Positions 8,294 to 18,098 of a stretch of DNA of 40,697 bases are shown here, one piece after another. The notes beneath the pieces were generated by a model. That model was given only the letters and a program-made list of their open reading frames with translations. It searched no databases and was not told the origin of the DNA. Where the stretch lies: contig CAZMAI010000002.1 in the NCBI GenBank assembly GCA_964564195.1, positions 2,345 to 43,041 on the forward strand, given 5' to 3'. The DNA comes from an uncultured Anaerolineales bacterium. Its GTDB lineage: Bacteria; Chloroflexota; Anaerolineae; UBA1429. The position numbers and the translations under genes are program-made. How positions within the stretch are numbered: position 1 is the stretch's first letter; each line of letters opens with the position of its first letter.

Positions 8294-8357
8294 AGAGGGA
8301 CGGTGCGTGCCCTATCCAGCGCTCGGTCCGGCCCCTGCAAGTACGTGTCTGGCTGCC

Positions 8358-8385
8358 TTGCGCAGGCCGAGGCTGACGCTAGAAT
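8358..8385 (+). promoter_or_regulatory. Sigma-70-like promoter for the hydrolase-SDR pair
   Basis: TTGCGC (8358..8363), 16-nt spacer, TAGAAT (8380..8385), about 28 nt upstream of the ATG at 8414. Confidence 0.4.
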
Positions 8386-8413
8386 TGCCCTAACCTAAAA
8401 CCGGGGGGAATGC

Positions 8414-9238
8414 ATGCCGCTCCTGACCGTTCCTGCTGTATTCTTGGGCTTGTGGCTGTTGGCGCGTTTCGTCTGGTTTGCACGCGCGGCTCTCCCGGAG
8501 GATGCGGAATGCACAATGCTCACCATGTCGGACGGGAGGGAGATCGCGCTCGCCCATGTGGACCGCGGGCGAGAGCATGTCGTCATCGTCGCACACGGGT
8601 TTCTCAAGCGCAAGGATGATTTGCGTGTTGTGCGTCTGGCGACTCACCTGCTGGATCGCTTTGACATAGTCCTGTACGACCAGCCGGGCCACGGAGGCTC
8701 CTCGGGCACATCCGATCTGGATTTCCAGGTTGCGGGAGCCTGTCTGGCAGCTGTGGCTGCAGAGGCGCGCCAACTCGGCTACAGACGTGTCTCCGCAGTG
8801 GGCGTCTCCCTGGGGGCAGCCGCTACCATCCAGGCTGCCGCCTCCGGAGCAGCACTGGACGCTATTGTCAGCATCTCGAGCCCGGTAGGCCCACCCTGGC
8901 ACCGTGAGGAGCCCTGGCGGCCCGGCATTCTCAAGTACGTCTACCGGTCGTTAGGCACTCGGGTGGCGGACACGCTGCAGTTCCGCCACTGGCCGTTGGA
9001 AGTGGTGGGCAGGGTTGCGCCCTGTCCGCTGCTCATTGTCCATTGCGGCCGTGACACGCTCATCCCGCGCGAGGCCTCGGAAGCCCTCTATCGCGCCGCA
9101 TCCGAACCAAAGGCGTGGATACTGGACGAACGCGCCTGGCACGGCACACCAAATAACGCGCACGAAGAGATTGTGGCGTGGCTGGAGACCGATATCGTAG
9201 AACCAGTGCCCGAGTTGCAGATGGAGGTTTCGCATTGA
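8414..9238 (+). CDS. Membrane-anchored alpha/beta-fold hydrolase
   Basis: N-terminal TM helix (LLTVPAVFLGLWLLARFVWF). HG oxyanion motif (VVIVAHGF), nucleophile elbow GVSLG, and candidate Asp (CGRDTLIP) and His (RAWHG). Confidence 0.8.
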   Translation: MPLLTVPAVFLGLWLLARFVWFARAALPEDAECTMLTMSDGREIALAHVDRGREHVVIVAHGFLKRKDDLRVVRLATHLLDRFDIVLYDQPGHGGSSGTSDLDFQVAGACLAAVAAEARQLGYRRVSAVGVSLGAAATIQAAASGAALDAIVSISSPVGPPWHREEPWRPGILKYVYRSLGTRVADTLQFRHWPLEVVGRVAPCPLLIVHCGRDTLIPREASEALYRAASEPKAWILDERAWHGTPNNAHEEIVAWLETDIVEPVPELQMEVSH

Positions 9239-9951
9239 TGGATAGGCGGGTCATAGTAATCACGGGCGCCAATGGCGGTGTGGGACAGGCTGTGGTACAG
9301 GCCTTTGCGCGCGAGGACGTGCTGCTTGCGCTGATCTCCCGCCGCCTGAAGGCGCTGGAGAACCTCGTTCAGGCGCTCGCGCTGGAGCAGGGGCGTGTCC
9401 TGTGTGCAGCGGCCGATTTGAGCGAGCGGACAGAGGCGGAGCGGGCGGTGCAAGCGGCGCGCGATCGCTTTGGGAGAATCGACTGTTTGCTGCACCTCGT
9501 GGGCACCTGGCGCGGGAACGTTGCTGTCGCAGACCTGTCTGATGATGACTGGCATGGGATGCTGGAGACGAATCTACACGCAGCCTTGAATATCATCAGG
9601 GCTGTTCTACCCGCTATGCTGGAGCTGGGCGGCGGTCGAATCGTCACGATCGGCTCACGTGCCGTAGAGCGACCCGGTAGCGGACAGGCGCCGTACAACG
9701 TGTCCAAGGCGGCGCTGCTGGCGCTTACACGGTCTGTCGCGGCAGACTATGGTGCACAGGGCATCCGGGCCAACATGATCCTGCCTGGTACAATCGCTAC
9801 GCCCCGACAGGCGCAAGGTAGCGCTGACGCGGAGCGACCAGGCTGGGTGGCACCCGAGGCCCTGGCCGAGATGCTGGTCTTTCTTTGCGGACCGGGCGGT
9901 GATGCGCTCAATGGCGCTGCGATACCGGTGTATGGCGGCAAGGCGCTCTAG
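9238..9951 (+). CDS. Short-chain dehydrogenase/reductase (SDR)
   Basis: Start ATG at 9238 overlaps the hydrolase stop (TGATG). Motifs TGANGGVGQA (TGxxxGxG), NLHAA and YNVSKAA (YxxxK). Confidence 0.85.
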   Translation: MDRRVIVITGANGGVGQAVVQAFAREDVLLALISRRLKALENLVQALALEQGRVLCAAADLSERTEAERAVQAARDRFGRIDCLLHLVGTWRGNVAVADLSDDDWHGMLETNLHAALNIIRAVLPAMLELGGGRIVTIGSRAVERPGSGQAPYNVSKAALLALTRSVAADYGAQGIRANMILPGTIATPRQAQGSADAERPGWVAPEALAEMLVFLCGPGGDALNGAAIPVYGGKAL

Positions 9952-10931
9952 TCCGAGCTCCGCCATCCATACTCGTCGACGTCTTCGCCCACGCCGCGGT
10001 AGAGGCGCGTCTCGTGCATCTGGCTCCAGCCGGTGTAGGGGCCGCTCTGGCCGTCGGGCCGGCTGAACGTCTCGGCGGCGCCCTGAAGGTCGGCGTCCAT
10101 GGCGTCAGCATGGTGGACGGCCATGGCCTCTGCAGTCATGGGTACCACGGGCGAGCCATGCTCGAGGGTTCCGTGATGTGCCAGGATGCCGTGGACAAGC
10201 TTGAGGCGCACCTGAGTGTCAAACCCCGGCAACTCGGCAATCGCGGCCTCGACCGCCGACGCGCTGATGTATAAATGTCCCCACAGTGCTCCCTCGTCAG
10301 TGAGTTCAAAGGTGGTGGGGTCATAGGCCCGGGTCTTGCCGAGGTCATGCAGGACCGCGATGCTCAACGCCAGGTTCCGATCCAGCTCCGGGTGGGCTGC
10401 ACAGGCCGCCTCAACCAGGGCGACAACGCTCAACGTGTGCTCAAGCAAGCCGCCCCTGCAAGCGTGGTGCATCCGTTTGGCGGCAGGTGCCTCGCGAAAG
10501 GCGACCCGGTTGCTCGATCCTGGTCCGAGCAGGGCGAGAAGGAGTCTGTTCAGATCGGGGTGTTGGACAGAGTCAATGACGGCATCGAGTTGTTGTTGCA
10601 TCTCCCCGATCGGGCGCTGCGCGCTCGGCAGAAACTCGCCCAGGTCCGGTAACTCTGTGACCAGGATGCGATCGAGCCGAATCTGCAGCGCGTCGCGATA
10701 CTCCTCGATCCTGCCTGTGACTTCGACGCCCTTACCGATGACCAGGTCCTGAACGAGCCGTGTGGGCGCGTCGAACATGATGCCGGGGATGGATCCTGAT
10801 CGGTCCCCAAGCACGACGCGCAGCATCGACGACCCCGAACGGGTCGCCGTCAATGACTTGTCACGGAGCAAAAAGGCCTGCTTGTTGACGGCCAGGCCGG
10901 GCTGTAGCTCCTCGATCGATGTCCTTCTCAC
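9948..10931 (-). CDS. YhaM-like 3'-5' exoribonuclease family protein (OB-fold plus HD domain)
   Basis: N-terminal OB-like segment (LLRDKSLTATRSGSSMLRVVLGDRSGSIPGIMFDA). HD-domain motifs HHACRGGLLEH, LHDLGK and HHGTLEHGS. AAAGGAG lies 5 nt upstream of the GTG at 10931. The ORF is open to an ATG at 10976, 3 nt after the HDAC stop. Confidence 0.8.
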   Translation of the reverse strand: MRRTSIEELQPGLAVNKQAFLLRDKSLTATRSGSSMLRVVLGDRSGSIPGIMFDAPTRLVQDLVIGKGVEVTGRIEEYRDALQIRLDRILVTELPDLGEFLPSAQRPIGEMQQQLDAVIDSVQHPDLNRLLLALLGPGSSNRVAFREAPAAKRMHHACRGGLLEHTLSVVALVEAACAAHPELDRNLALSIAVLHDLGKTRAYDPTTFELTDEGALWGHLYISASAVEAAIAELPGFDTQVRLKLVHGILAHHGTLEHGSPVVPMTAEAMAVHHADAMDADLQGAAETFSRPDGQSGPYTGWSQMHETRLYRGVGEDVDEYGWRSSD

Positions 10932-10979
10932 AGCAGCTCCTTTACTGTTTGTTGTGTCCCATAATGATCTTTGCATGTG

Positions 10980-12014
10980 CTAGCCCGTGATGCCGATCAT
11001 GTGCCACTGGGCGAGGCGAGCGATAAGCATGTCCACCTGCGCTTCGGGGTAACGGGCTGGTCCGAAGGGGTCTCTGGATTCGAGGCCCAGCAGCGCGGAA
11101 AAGGTCGTGCCAACCCCGTGCGCGAGCACATCCAGATCGTAGCCCCCCTCGAGTGTGAACACCAGCCGTCCGGGGCAGAGCTCACGACTGAGGCTTTGCA
11201 GCGACTCGCTGATAAAGCGGTAAGTGCCGAGGGTGACCTGCAGTGTCGCAAGGGGGTCGCTCCAGTGCGCGTCATAGCCGGCGGAGACCAGGATCAGATT
11301 GGGACGAAAGCGCCGAATCGCTGGCTCTACAAGCTCAGAGAACACACGCCGGTAGCCTTCGTCGCCCGTGTCGGAGGGGAGCGGTATGTTCAGGTTATTG
11401 TTCGGTCCGCGAACATGCGTTGGCCTGCGCCAGTCACCGGTTCCGGGATAGAGCGGATACTGGTGCAACGACACATAAAAGACGCTCTGGTCGGTGTCGA
11501 ACACGTCGTCGGTACCGTTGCCATGATGCACGTCAAAATCAACAATGCACACTCTCTCCAGGCCCGCAACCTCTCGCGCCCAGCGGGCCGCGATCGCGAC
11601 GTTGTTAAAGAGGCAAAAGCCCATGGACTGTCTGGGCGTCGCATGGTGTCCCGGTGGACGCACCAGGGCAAAGCTTGACTCCACGCGCTCCTCCAGACAG
11701 GCCTGCACGGCGGCGATCGTCCCGCCGGCGGCATAGAGGGCTGCCTCAAAGGACTGGCGACTGACGAGAGTGTCCAGGTCGATGCGGCCGCCCCCTCTCG
11801 CGGACAGGTTCTCTACCAGGGAGATCATTCGCTGCGAGTGGACGCGGGTGATGTCGTCGATGGAGGCGGGAATCGCAGGGATCTCGACTAGAAGGTCGAT
11901 CAGGCCCGTGTCCTGCAGATGCGACATGATCGCCGCCAGACGTGCGGGACTCTCAGGATGGTTCCCCGTGATGTGCTGCATATAAATAGGATGATAGACG
12001 TAACCGACAACCAA
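10980..12014 (-). CDS. Histone deacetylase-family (arginase/deacetylase fold) amidohydrolase
   Basis: Motifs RPPGHHA, DFDVHHGNGT and LEGGY. TTG start at 12014 with GGGGAG 7 nt upstream. Confidence 0.9.
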   Translation of the reverse strand: MVVGYVYHPIYMQHITGNHPESPARLAAIMSHLQDTGLIDLLVEIPAIPASIDDITRVHSQRMISLVENLSARGGGRIDLDTLVSRQSFEAALYAAGGTIAAVQACLEERVESSFALVRPPGHHATPRQSMGFCLFNNVAIAARWAREVAGLERVCIVDFDVHHGNGTDDVFDTDQSVFYVSLHQYPLYPGTGDWRRPTHVRGPNNNLNIPLPSDTGDEGYRRVFSELVEPAIRRFRPNLILVSAGYDAHWSDPLATLQVTLGTYRFISESLQSLSRELCPGRLVFTLEGGYDLDVLAHGVGTTFSALLGLESRDPFGPARYPEAQVDMLIARLAQWHMIGITG

Positions 12015-12055
12015 CTGCGTACTCCCCCGCCCGTTGAGCGCCTCACTCAGTCCCG

Positions 12056-12083
12056 ATTATACCCCACAGCGTCCTTGCGCAAA
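12056..12083 (-). promoter_or_regulatory. Candidate promoter for the HDAC-YhaM-like pair
   Basis: On the minus strand: TTTGCG (12083..12078), 16-nt spacer, TATAAT (12061..12056). Confidence 0.3.
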
Positions 12084-12102
12084 GCGCGTGGCACGCGAGC
12101 GC

Positions 12103-12130
12103 TTGCGCTAGACTCTGCAGTGCGTACAAT
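12103..12130 (+). promoter_or_regulatory. Sigma-70-like promoter for the MATE transporter gene
   Basis: TTGCGC (12103..12108), 16-nt spacer, TACAAT (12125..12130). The ATG at 12157 is preceded by GAGGAGGAG. Confidence 0.4.
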
Positions 12131-12156
12131 CGGCACAGGTTCCGCGAGGAGGAGAG

Positions 12157-13524
12157 ATGGGTCTTTTTCAAACCGGGTCCAAGGGGCAGGCACGGGTACT
12201 GACAGACGGGCCCGTAGCGCGCCAGACACTGACGCTGGCGATCCCGTCAGCCGTCGAGCAAGCCATGCTGAACGTTGTGCGGCTTGCGGACATGTATTGG
12301 ATGGGGCGCGTGGGCGGAATGGCTGTGGCGTCGGTGGCCATGGGTACCACTCTGCGCATGGTTTTGATCTCGCCAATGATGGGCCTCTCGATGGGCGGCA
12401 TGGCTGTAATCGCGCGCTATATCGGCCAACGCGACCAGCGGATGGCTGATCGTGCGGTGATGCAGGTGATCCTTTTGATCGCGCTGCTCACGATACCGCT
12501 CATGATTATCGGCCAGACATTGACGCCGGCGATCCTACGTGTAATGGGTGCTAGCCCTCAGGTTGAGGAGAGCGCCACCGCATTTCTGCGGATCATCTGG
12601 TGGGGACTCTTTTTTATGGAGTGTTTGCCCACGATGAGCGGGGTGATAAAGGGGGCAGGCCGGCCAGAGTACACGCTGCGGATCAATCTGGTCAACCTCG
12701 TTCTGGTGGCCGTACTGGAGCCGGTGCTGGTTCTGGGGCTGGGCCCTTTCCCCGCCATGGGTATCCGGGGGGCGGCCCTGGCATCTGTGACGGGTGCGGT
12801 TGCCGGCGTTCTGGGCATCTTTGGCGTGCTACTAACCGGTGGAGCAGGGCTGCGGCTCCACCTCAGGGATCTCGCGCCCGATTTCGGCATGATGAAGACG
12901 GTGCTGAAGATCAGTTTCCCAGCCTCCGTCGAGCGCCTGTCCCCGAACCTGGGGATGGCGACCTTTATGCGCATCGTATCATCCTTCGGCGACCAGGTGC
13001 TGACGGCGTACTCGATCTTTCACCAACTGTTCGGTTTCTTCCAGGCGGTCACTATGGGGGTGGGCAACGCTGCGGCCACCATGGTTGGGCAGAATCTGGG
13101 CGCTGCCAAGCCTGAGCGTTCCGAGAGAGCAGCACGGGCGGGCGGACTGGGTTCCGCCATTATATCGGCCATATTCTACGGTATGATTGCTGTCTTGCCC
13201 CGGCCAATCCTCGGGATGTTTACCGATGATCTTGTGGTCGTGACGGCGGCCGCGTTGGCCATCCGCCTGACCGTGGTGGGATCGGCGATTCGCGGCTGGG
13301 GACAGGTCCTGGGCCGGTCGCTGGCCGGAGCCGGCGATGCTGTCTCGCCGATGCTCGCCAGCGTGGGGGCGCTGTGGATCGTCCAGATCCCGGCCTCGTG
13401 GCTGTTGAGCGGGTGGCTGGGACCTGCCGGGATCTGGATTGGCATGGTACTGGGTGACGCTGCCCACGCGCTTGCCATGACCTGGCGTTTCGGTCAGGGA
13501 AAGTGGAAGACCATTCGCGTCTAG
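12157..13524 (+). CDS. MATE-family efflux transporter
   Basis: 455 aa with 12 hydrophobic segments. N-terminal signature LAIPSAVEQAMLNVVRLADMYWMGRVG is typical of MATE/NorM-like proteins. Confidence 0.9.
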   Translation: MGLFQTGSKGQARVLTDGPVARQTLTLAIPSAVEQAMLNVVRLADMYWMGRVGGMAVASVAMGTTLRMVLISPMMGLSMGGMAVIARYIGQRDQRMADRAVMQVILLIALLTIPLMIIGQTLTPAILRVMGASPQVEESATAFLRIIWWGLFFMECLPTMSGVIKGAGRPEYTLRINLVNLVLVAVLEPVLVLGLGPFPAMGIRGAALASVTGAVAGVLGIFGVLLTGGAGLRLHLRDLAPDFGMMKTVLKISFPASVERLSPNLGMATFMRIVSSFGDQVLTAYSIFHQLFGFFQAVTMGVGNAAATMVGQNLGAAKPERSERAARAGGLGSAIISAIFYGMIAVLPRPILGMFTDDLVVVTAAALAIRLTVVGSAIRGWGQVLGRSLAGAGDAVSPMLASVGALWIVQIPASWLLSGWLGPAGIWIGMVLGDAAHALAMTWRFGQGKWKTIRV

Positions 13525-13552
13525 GTCGCGCCCAGCTTGCACGCCTGAACGA

Positions 13553-13583
13553 CACAGACGCCCGATTCTCTCGGGCGTCTGTG
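13553..13583. terminator. Perfect 13-bp hairpin between convergent MATE and P-type ATPase genes
   Basis: CACAGACGCCCGA (13553..13565), TTCTC loop, TCGGGCGTCTGTG (13571..13583). No T-run on either side. Confidence 0.6.
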
Positions 13584-13600
13584 ATTCAGGGCCAGTGGGA

Positions 13601-16378
13601 CTAGTGCTGCGCAACTCTGGCGCGGACGATTTTGGACGCCTCTACCACGACAAAGACGATTGCTGAGAGACCCAGGCAGATCAAAAGGTGTTCCAGGCTT
13701 AAAGAGGCGGTGTTAAAGATATCCTGCAGGAATGGAACATATACCACTGCCATCTGCAGTAGGAACGTGAGCAGCACAGCGCCGATCAGGAGCCGGTTGC
13801 TGAAGATACCCAACTGCAGGAGGGTCATTCTGTCCGAGCGGACTGCGAGCGCGTTGCCCATCTGAGAGAGACCCAGCGTCGTAAAGACCATGGTCTGCCA
13901 CACGCGCGAATCGGCGCCGCCGAGTCCGCCCTTTTCCGCAAGGTACTGCGTGACGACGCACACGGCGCCCAGAAGAAGTCCGATCCACAGGATGTACGTG
14001 CCGGTGCCGCGCGCCAAAACGCCCTCGTCGGGAGCGTGAGGCGGCTCCTCCATGATATCTTTACTGGCAGGCTCCACACCCAGCGCCAGCGCCGGCAGGC
14101 CGTCCGTCACCAGGTTGATCCAAAGGAGCTGGACTGGCGTCAGGGGCAGCGATAGCCCAAGCAGCGGCGAGACGAGCATCAGCAGGATCTCGCCCACGTT
14201 ACACGAGACGATATAGCGCACAAACTTGCGGATGTTCTCATAGATCGTGCGGCCCTCTTCGATGGCATGCACGATCGTGGCAAAGTTGTCATCCAGGAGC
14301 ACCATGTCGGCGGCTTCTTTGCTCACGTCTGTCCCGGTGATACCCATTGCGACGCCGATGTTGGCGCGCTTGAGGGCCGGGGCGTCATTGACGCCATCCC
14401 CGGTCATCGCGACAAAGTGCCCCTTGGCCTGGAGCGCCTCTACGATCTTGAACTTGTGCTCCGGGCTCACCCGTGCGTACACAGAGGTGCTCTCTACCAC
14501 GCCCTCTAGATCCTCGACCGACATCTTTTCCAGGTCTGTTCCGACGAGGACACGCGCATTGTCGACCTTGGAGTCTACGATGCCCAGGTCCCTGGCGATG
14601 TGCAGGGCCGTGTAGGGGTGGTCGCCCGTAATCATCACGGGACGAATCCCGGCCGTTCGGCACTGGTCGACCGCCTGCCGGACCTCCTGGCGCGGCGGAT
14701 CGATCATGCCCGTGAGTCCGACGAATATGAGCTGTTGCTCGATCGTGTCCTCTGTCGCTTTCTGAGGCAACTCATCCATAGGGCGGATGGACAGCCCAAG
14801 GACGCGTATTCCATCGAGCGCCATGCGATCGTTTGCGGCCATGATGCGCCGCCGCCAATCCTCTGTCATGGGTTCGATGGCGCCTTCGTTCCACACGCGG
14901 TCCGAAACGGAGAGGAGCGCGTCCGCCGCCCCTTTGCAGAACGCCATGTGCGGCGCGTCTGGCATGGTGCGGTATACTTCCTCGAGGGGATCACCCTGGG
15001 GGAGGTCCTTGCAGGCATGGATCGTCGTCATCCGCTTGCGCTCGGAAGTAAAAGGCACTTCCTGCACGCGGGGCATCTGCTCATCCAGATGCGCCTTCCA
15101 CAGACCCATCCGCGCAGCGGCGACAACCAGGGCACCTTCCGTGGGGTCTCCGACTGTGTGGTAGCCCTCGCCATCCTCGTTGCGTTCCAGGACGGCGTCA
15201 TTGCAGAGCGCAGAGCCAAGCAAGAGCAGGCCGATGTCGCTGTCGACATCCAAGAGAGGCGTGTCTTTGGGGCCCATCAGCGCGCCAGCGTTTTGCAGGT
15301 GTGTTGTGAGGTTGAGCTCGGTGCCGGCCACATCCAGGGCCATCACGGTCATGCGGTTCTCGGTGAGCGTGCCCGTCTTGTCCGAGCAGATGGTCGTCAC
15401 AGAGCCGAGCGTCTCTACCGCCGGAAGACGCCGGATCAGGGCGTTGCGCTTGACCATGCGCTGGGCGCCGAGGGCCAGCGAGATGGTGACGACGGCCGGG
15501 AGGCCTTCGGGAACGGCGGCCACCGCCAGGCTGACGGCGGTCATGAACATCAGCTTGATTTCCTGACCGCGGAGCAGGCCCACCGCAAAGACAATGCCCA
15601 CGATCACAAGCGCGGCAACGGCCAGCACCTTGCTGAGTTGCTCCATGCGCTGCTGAAGTGGCGTGCGCTCCTCGCCGACGTCCTGCAGCAGGTTGGCGAT
15701 CTTGCCCAGCTCGGTGGCCATGCCGGTCTCTGTCACGACAGCAACAGCCCGGCCGTAGACCGCCGTGGTGCCCATAAACACCATGTTGGTGCGATCGCCC
15801 ACCGAAGCCGAGTCATTTGCCAGAGCGTCCGTGATCTTTTCCACGGGGACCGACTCACCCGTGAGCGCGGCCTCCTCGACGCGCAAGTTGGCCGACTCGA
15901 TCAGGCGACCATCCGCCGGGATGCGTACGCCGGCGTCGAGCAGCACCACGTCTCCCGGGACGAGCTCGGTCGCCGGCACCTCGCGGATCTGACCGTCGCG
16001 CCGTACGCGGACCACGGATACCGACATCTGTTTGAGTGCGGCCATGGCTCGTTCGGCTTTGAACTCCTGGGTGTAACCCAGAATGGCGTTCAAGATCACG
16101 ATGATCATGATCATGATGGCGTCGGTGAACTCGCCGCTTTCGTGAGAGGTGAGTGCGAGGACGAAGGAGATTGCTGCGGCCACCAGGAGCACGATGACCA
16201 TCGTGTCCTTGAATTGGCTGAGGAACACTTGGAGCTTGGTGCGGCCTGGCCGTTCATCGAGTTGGTTCGGTCCCACCTCAGCCAGCCGTCGAGCAGCCTC
16301 GCCGTTGCTCAGGCCGTCGTGGCCCGTCTTGAGGTCTGCCAGTGCATCAGTTACGTCCTGTTTGTACCACACCGCCAT
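13601..16378 (-). CDS. P2-type cation-transporting ATPase (Ca2+-ATPase-like)
   Basis: 925 aa. Motifs TGES (LTGESVPV), PEGLP in TM4, phosphorylation site CSDKTGTLT, hinge [13 protein letters not shown]. About 10 TM helices. Confidence 0.95.
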   Translation of the reverse strand: MAVWYKQDVTDALADLKTGHDGLSNGEAARRLAEVGPNQLDERPGRTKLQVFLSQFKDTMVIVLLVAAAISFVLALTSHESGEFTDAIMIMIIVILNAILGYTQEFKAERAMAALKQMSVSVVRVRRDGQIREVPATELVPGDVVLLDAGVRIPADGRLIESANLRVEEAALTGESVPVEKITDALANDSASVGDRTNMVFMGTTAVYGRAVAVVTETGMATELGKIANLLQDVGEERTPLQQRMEQLSKVLAVAALVIVGIVFAVGLLRGQEIKLMFMTAVSLAVAAVPEGLPAVVTISLALGAQRMVKRNALIRRLPAVETLGSVTTICSDKTGTLTENRMTVMALDVAGTELNLTTHLQNAGALMGPKDTPLLDVDSDIGLLLLGSALCNDAVLERNEDGEGYHTVGDPTEGALVVAAARMGLWKAHLDEQMPRVQEVPFTSERKRMTTIHACKDLPQGDPLEEVYRTMPDAPHMAFCKGAADALLSVSDRVWNEGAIEPMTEDWRRRIMAANDRMALDGIRVLGLSIRPMDELPQKATEDTIEQQLIFVGLTGMIDPPRQEVRQAVDQCRTAGIRPVMITGDHPYTALHIARDLGIVDSKVDNARVLVGTDLEKMSVEDLEGVVESTSVYARVSPEHKFKIVEALQAKGHFVAMTGDGVNDAPALKRANIGVAMGITGTDVSKEAADMVLLDDNFATIVHAIEEGRTIYENIRKFVRYIVSCNVGEILLMLVSPLLGLSLPLTPVQLLWINLVTDGLPALALGVEPASKDIMEEPPHAPDEGVLARGTGTYILWIGLLLGAVCVVTQYLAEKGGLGGADSRVWQTMVFTTLGLSQMGNALAVRSDRMTLLQLGIFSNRLLIGAVLLTFLLQMAVVYVPFLQDIFNTASLSLEHLLICLGLSAIVFVVVEASKIVRARVAQH

Positions 16379-16451
16379 AGACCTGGTCCTTTCTACTACA
16401 AGACCTCTATGTGATCTCCCCGGAGAATGACGATACTGGCCGCGACGATCC

Positions 16452-17318
16452 TCACCTGAACGTGCTGGCGATAGGGGTAGCGCTCCGCGCCCGCAGGTTG
16501 CCGCTGATCCAGGTCAATGACTCGGCGTCGGACGCGACACCCGTCAGCCTCAGGACGCTTTCGTCAAAGGCCTGTGCGGGCCCCGATGTGGCGAACCGCG
16601 TATGGCCTGCACTGCGCGGTGCCGCGTCGGTTAGCAGCCCCTCACGCTCCAAAACCCTTCGTGTCTGCAGGGCGATGGCGTCACTCGGCTCTATAATGCG
16701 AACCTGGGGCCCGGCAAGGCGTTCGATGAGCGGCCGGACAAAGGGATAGTGACTGCAGCCCAGGACAATGACATCCGCGGCGGCTGCGATGATAGGGGCA
16801 AGACAGTGGTTGAGCAGGGAGATGGTTTCCCGGTCAGCGAGCTTTCCCGCCTCAATGAGTTCCACCAGCCCAGGGCAGGGCTGCGAGATTACCTTTGTAT
16901 CTCCCGCATATCGCCTCAGAACTTCAAGGTAGAGAGCCCCGCGTACGGTGGCCTGGGTCGCAAGCACACCGACGACGCCGGTCCGCGTAATCTCTATGGC
17001 CGGCTTGACTGCTGGCACCATGCCAACGATGGGAATGTTGGGCAGATGTTTCCTCAGAACGGGCAGGGAGGTGGCCGAGATCGTGTTGCAGGCCACTACA
17101 ATGAGTTTGCAGCCTGCGTCCACCATGTGATGGGCGACGCCTAGTGCCAGGCTTTGGATCTCTGCCGTGGCGCGGTCGCCGTAGGGGCAGTGAAAGCTGT
17201 CAGCAACGTAATAGAACTGCTCAGCAGGCAGGAGCGCCTTGAGCGCCGCGAGAATGGACAGGCCGCCGACGCCAGAGTCATAGATTCCTATGGGTGCAGC
17301 CAGATCTCGAGTGCTCAC
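16452..17318 (-). CDS. murI: Glutamate racemase
   Basis: Motifs IGIYDSGVGGLS, catalytic Cys motifs VVACNT and LGCSHYP. GTG start at 17318. Confidence 0.9.
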   Translation of the reverse strand: MSTRDLAAPIGIYDSGVGGLSILAALKALLPAEQFYYVADSFHCPYGDRATAEIQSLALGVAHHMVDAGCKLIVVACNTISATSLPVLRKHLPNIPIVGMVPAVKPAIEITRTGVVGVLATQATVRGALYLEVLRRYAGDTKVISQPCPGLVELIEAGKLADRETISLLNHCLAPIIAAAADVIVLGCSHYPFVRPLIERLAGPQVRIIEPSDAIALQTRRVLEREGLLTDAAPRSAGHTRFATSGPAQAFDESVLRLTGVASDAESLTWISGNLRARSATPIASTFR

Positions 17319-17324
17319 GCGATG

Positions 17325-18098
17325 CTATGCCTCCCGACGTTGGGCGGCCGCGCGCACCAGGGCTTGGAACAGCGCCCGATGCAGGCCATCATGGCCACCG
17401 TTAAGCATTTCCTCCGGGTGCCACTGGACACCGAGCCGGAACCAACTATCGATCCCGGCGAGCGCCTCTATAATACCATCCTCGGCGGTGGCCGCAACCG
17501 CAAACGGAGCCGCAACCTGCGCGACTGCCTGATGATGCGTGCTGTTCACGGGTAGAGAGCGCGACGCCAGAAAAGTCTCGCGCAACAGCGTGTCCGGCAT
17601 GCTGGCCGCCGTTTCCGCCAGGATGGCCACCGTATGGGCATGTGTATCGCGCGGCAGGTCCGCTGGCGTTGCATGTGCCAGGGCGTCGGGATACGCCGTG
17701 GCGATATCCTGTATCAGCGTTCCCCCTGCAGCGACGTTCATCAGCTGGAGACCGCGACATATTCCCAGTGTGGGCATGTGCAGCATGGCAGCGCCGCGCG
17801 CCAGATACAATTCGACGACATCGCGGTCAGGATCGATGCCACGGCTAAGACCCACCGCTGGTGCCCCATAATACGCGGGATCTATGTCACCGCCGCCGCA
17901 CAGCAGCAGTCCATCGACTTTGTCCAGGTAGTCATCCAGCAGCAAAGTATCCCTGAGCAGGGGGATGGGGACCGCAAGGCCGCCGGCAAGCGAAACCGCG
18001 CGAACGTAGGCGGGAGATGTGATCCAGCGGTGCGGTTGCTCTGGGGTCGTGTACATCGGCAGTCCGATGCCCGGTTTTAGCACACGATCACGGTTCAT
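17325..18098 (-). CDS. Class I glutamine amidotransferase, peptidase C26 / gamma-glutamyl-GABA hydrolase (PuuD-like) family
   Basis: Nucleophile motif GICRGLQ and His motif GVQWHPE. 257 aa. The start overlaps the stop of the Crp/Fnr gene by 11 nt. Confidence 0.85.
   Translation of the reverse strand: MNRDRVLKPGIGLPMYTTPEQPHRWITSPAYVRAVSLAGGLAVPIPLLRDTLLLDDYLDKVDGLLLCGGGDIDPAYYGAPAVGLSRGIDPDRDVVELYLARGAAMLHMPTLGICRGLQLMNVAAGGTLIQDIATAYPDALAHATPADLPRDTHAHTVAILAETAASMPDTLLRETFLASRSLPVNSTHHQAVAQVAAPFAVAATAEDGIIEALAGIDSWFRLGVQWHPEEMLNGGHDGLHRALFQALVRAAAQRREA

Noticed and set aside
7324-8376. 350-aa plus-strand ORF antisense to the DUF362 gene
   Set aside because: Shadow ORF. It has no SD and no recognisable domain, and the opposite strand carries a complete DUF362 protein with promoter and SD.
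14600-16414. 604-aa plus-strand ORF antisense to the P-type ATPase
   Set aside because: Its composition is His/Arg/Gly/Asp-rich with no motifs. It exactly shadows a gene with unambiguous P-type ATPase motifs. Long antisense ORFs are expected in high-GC DNA because stop codons are rare.
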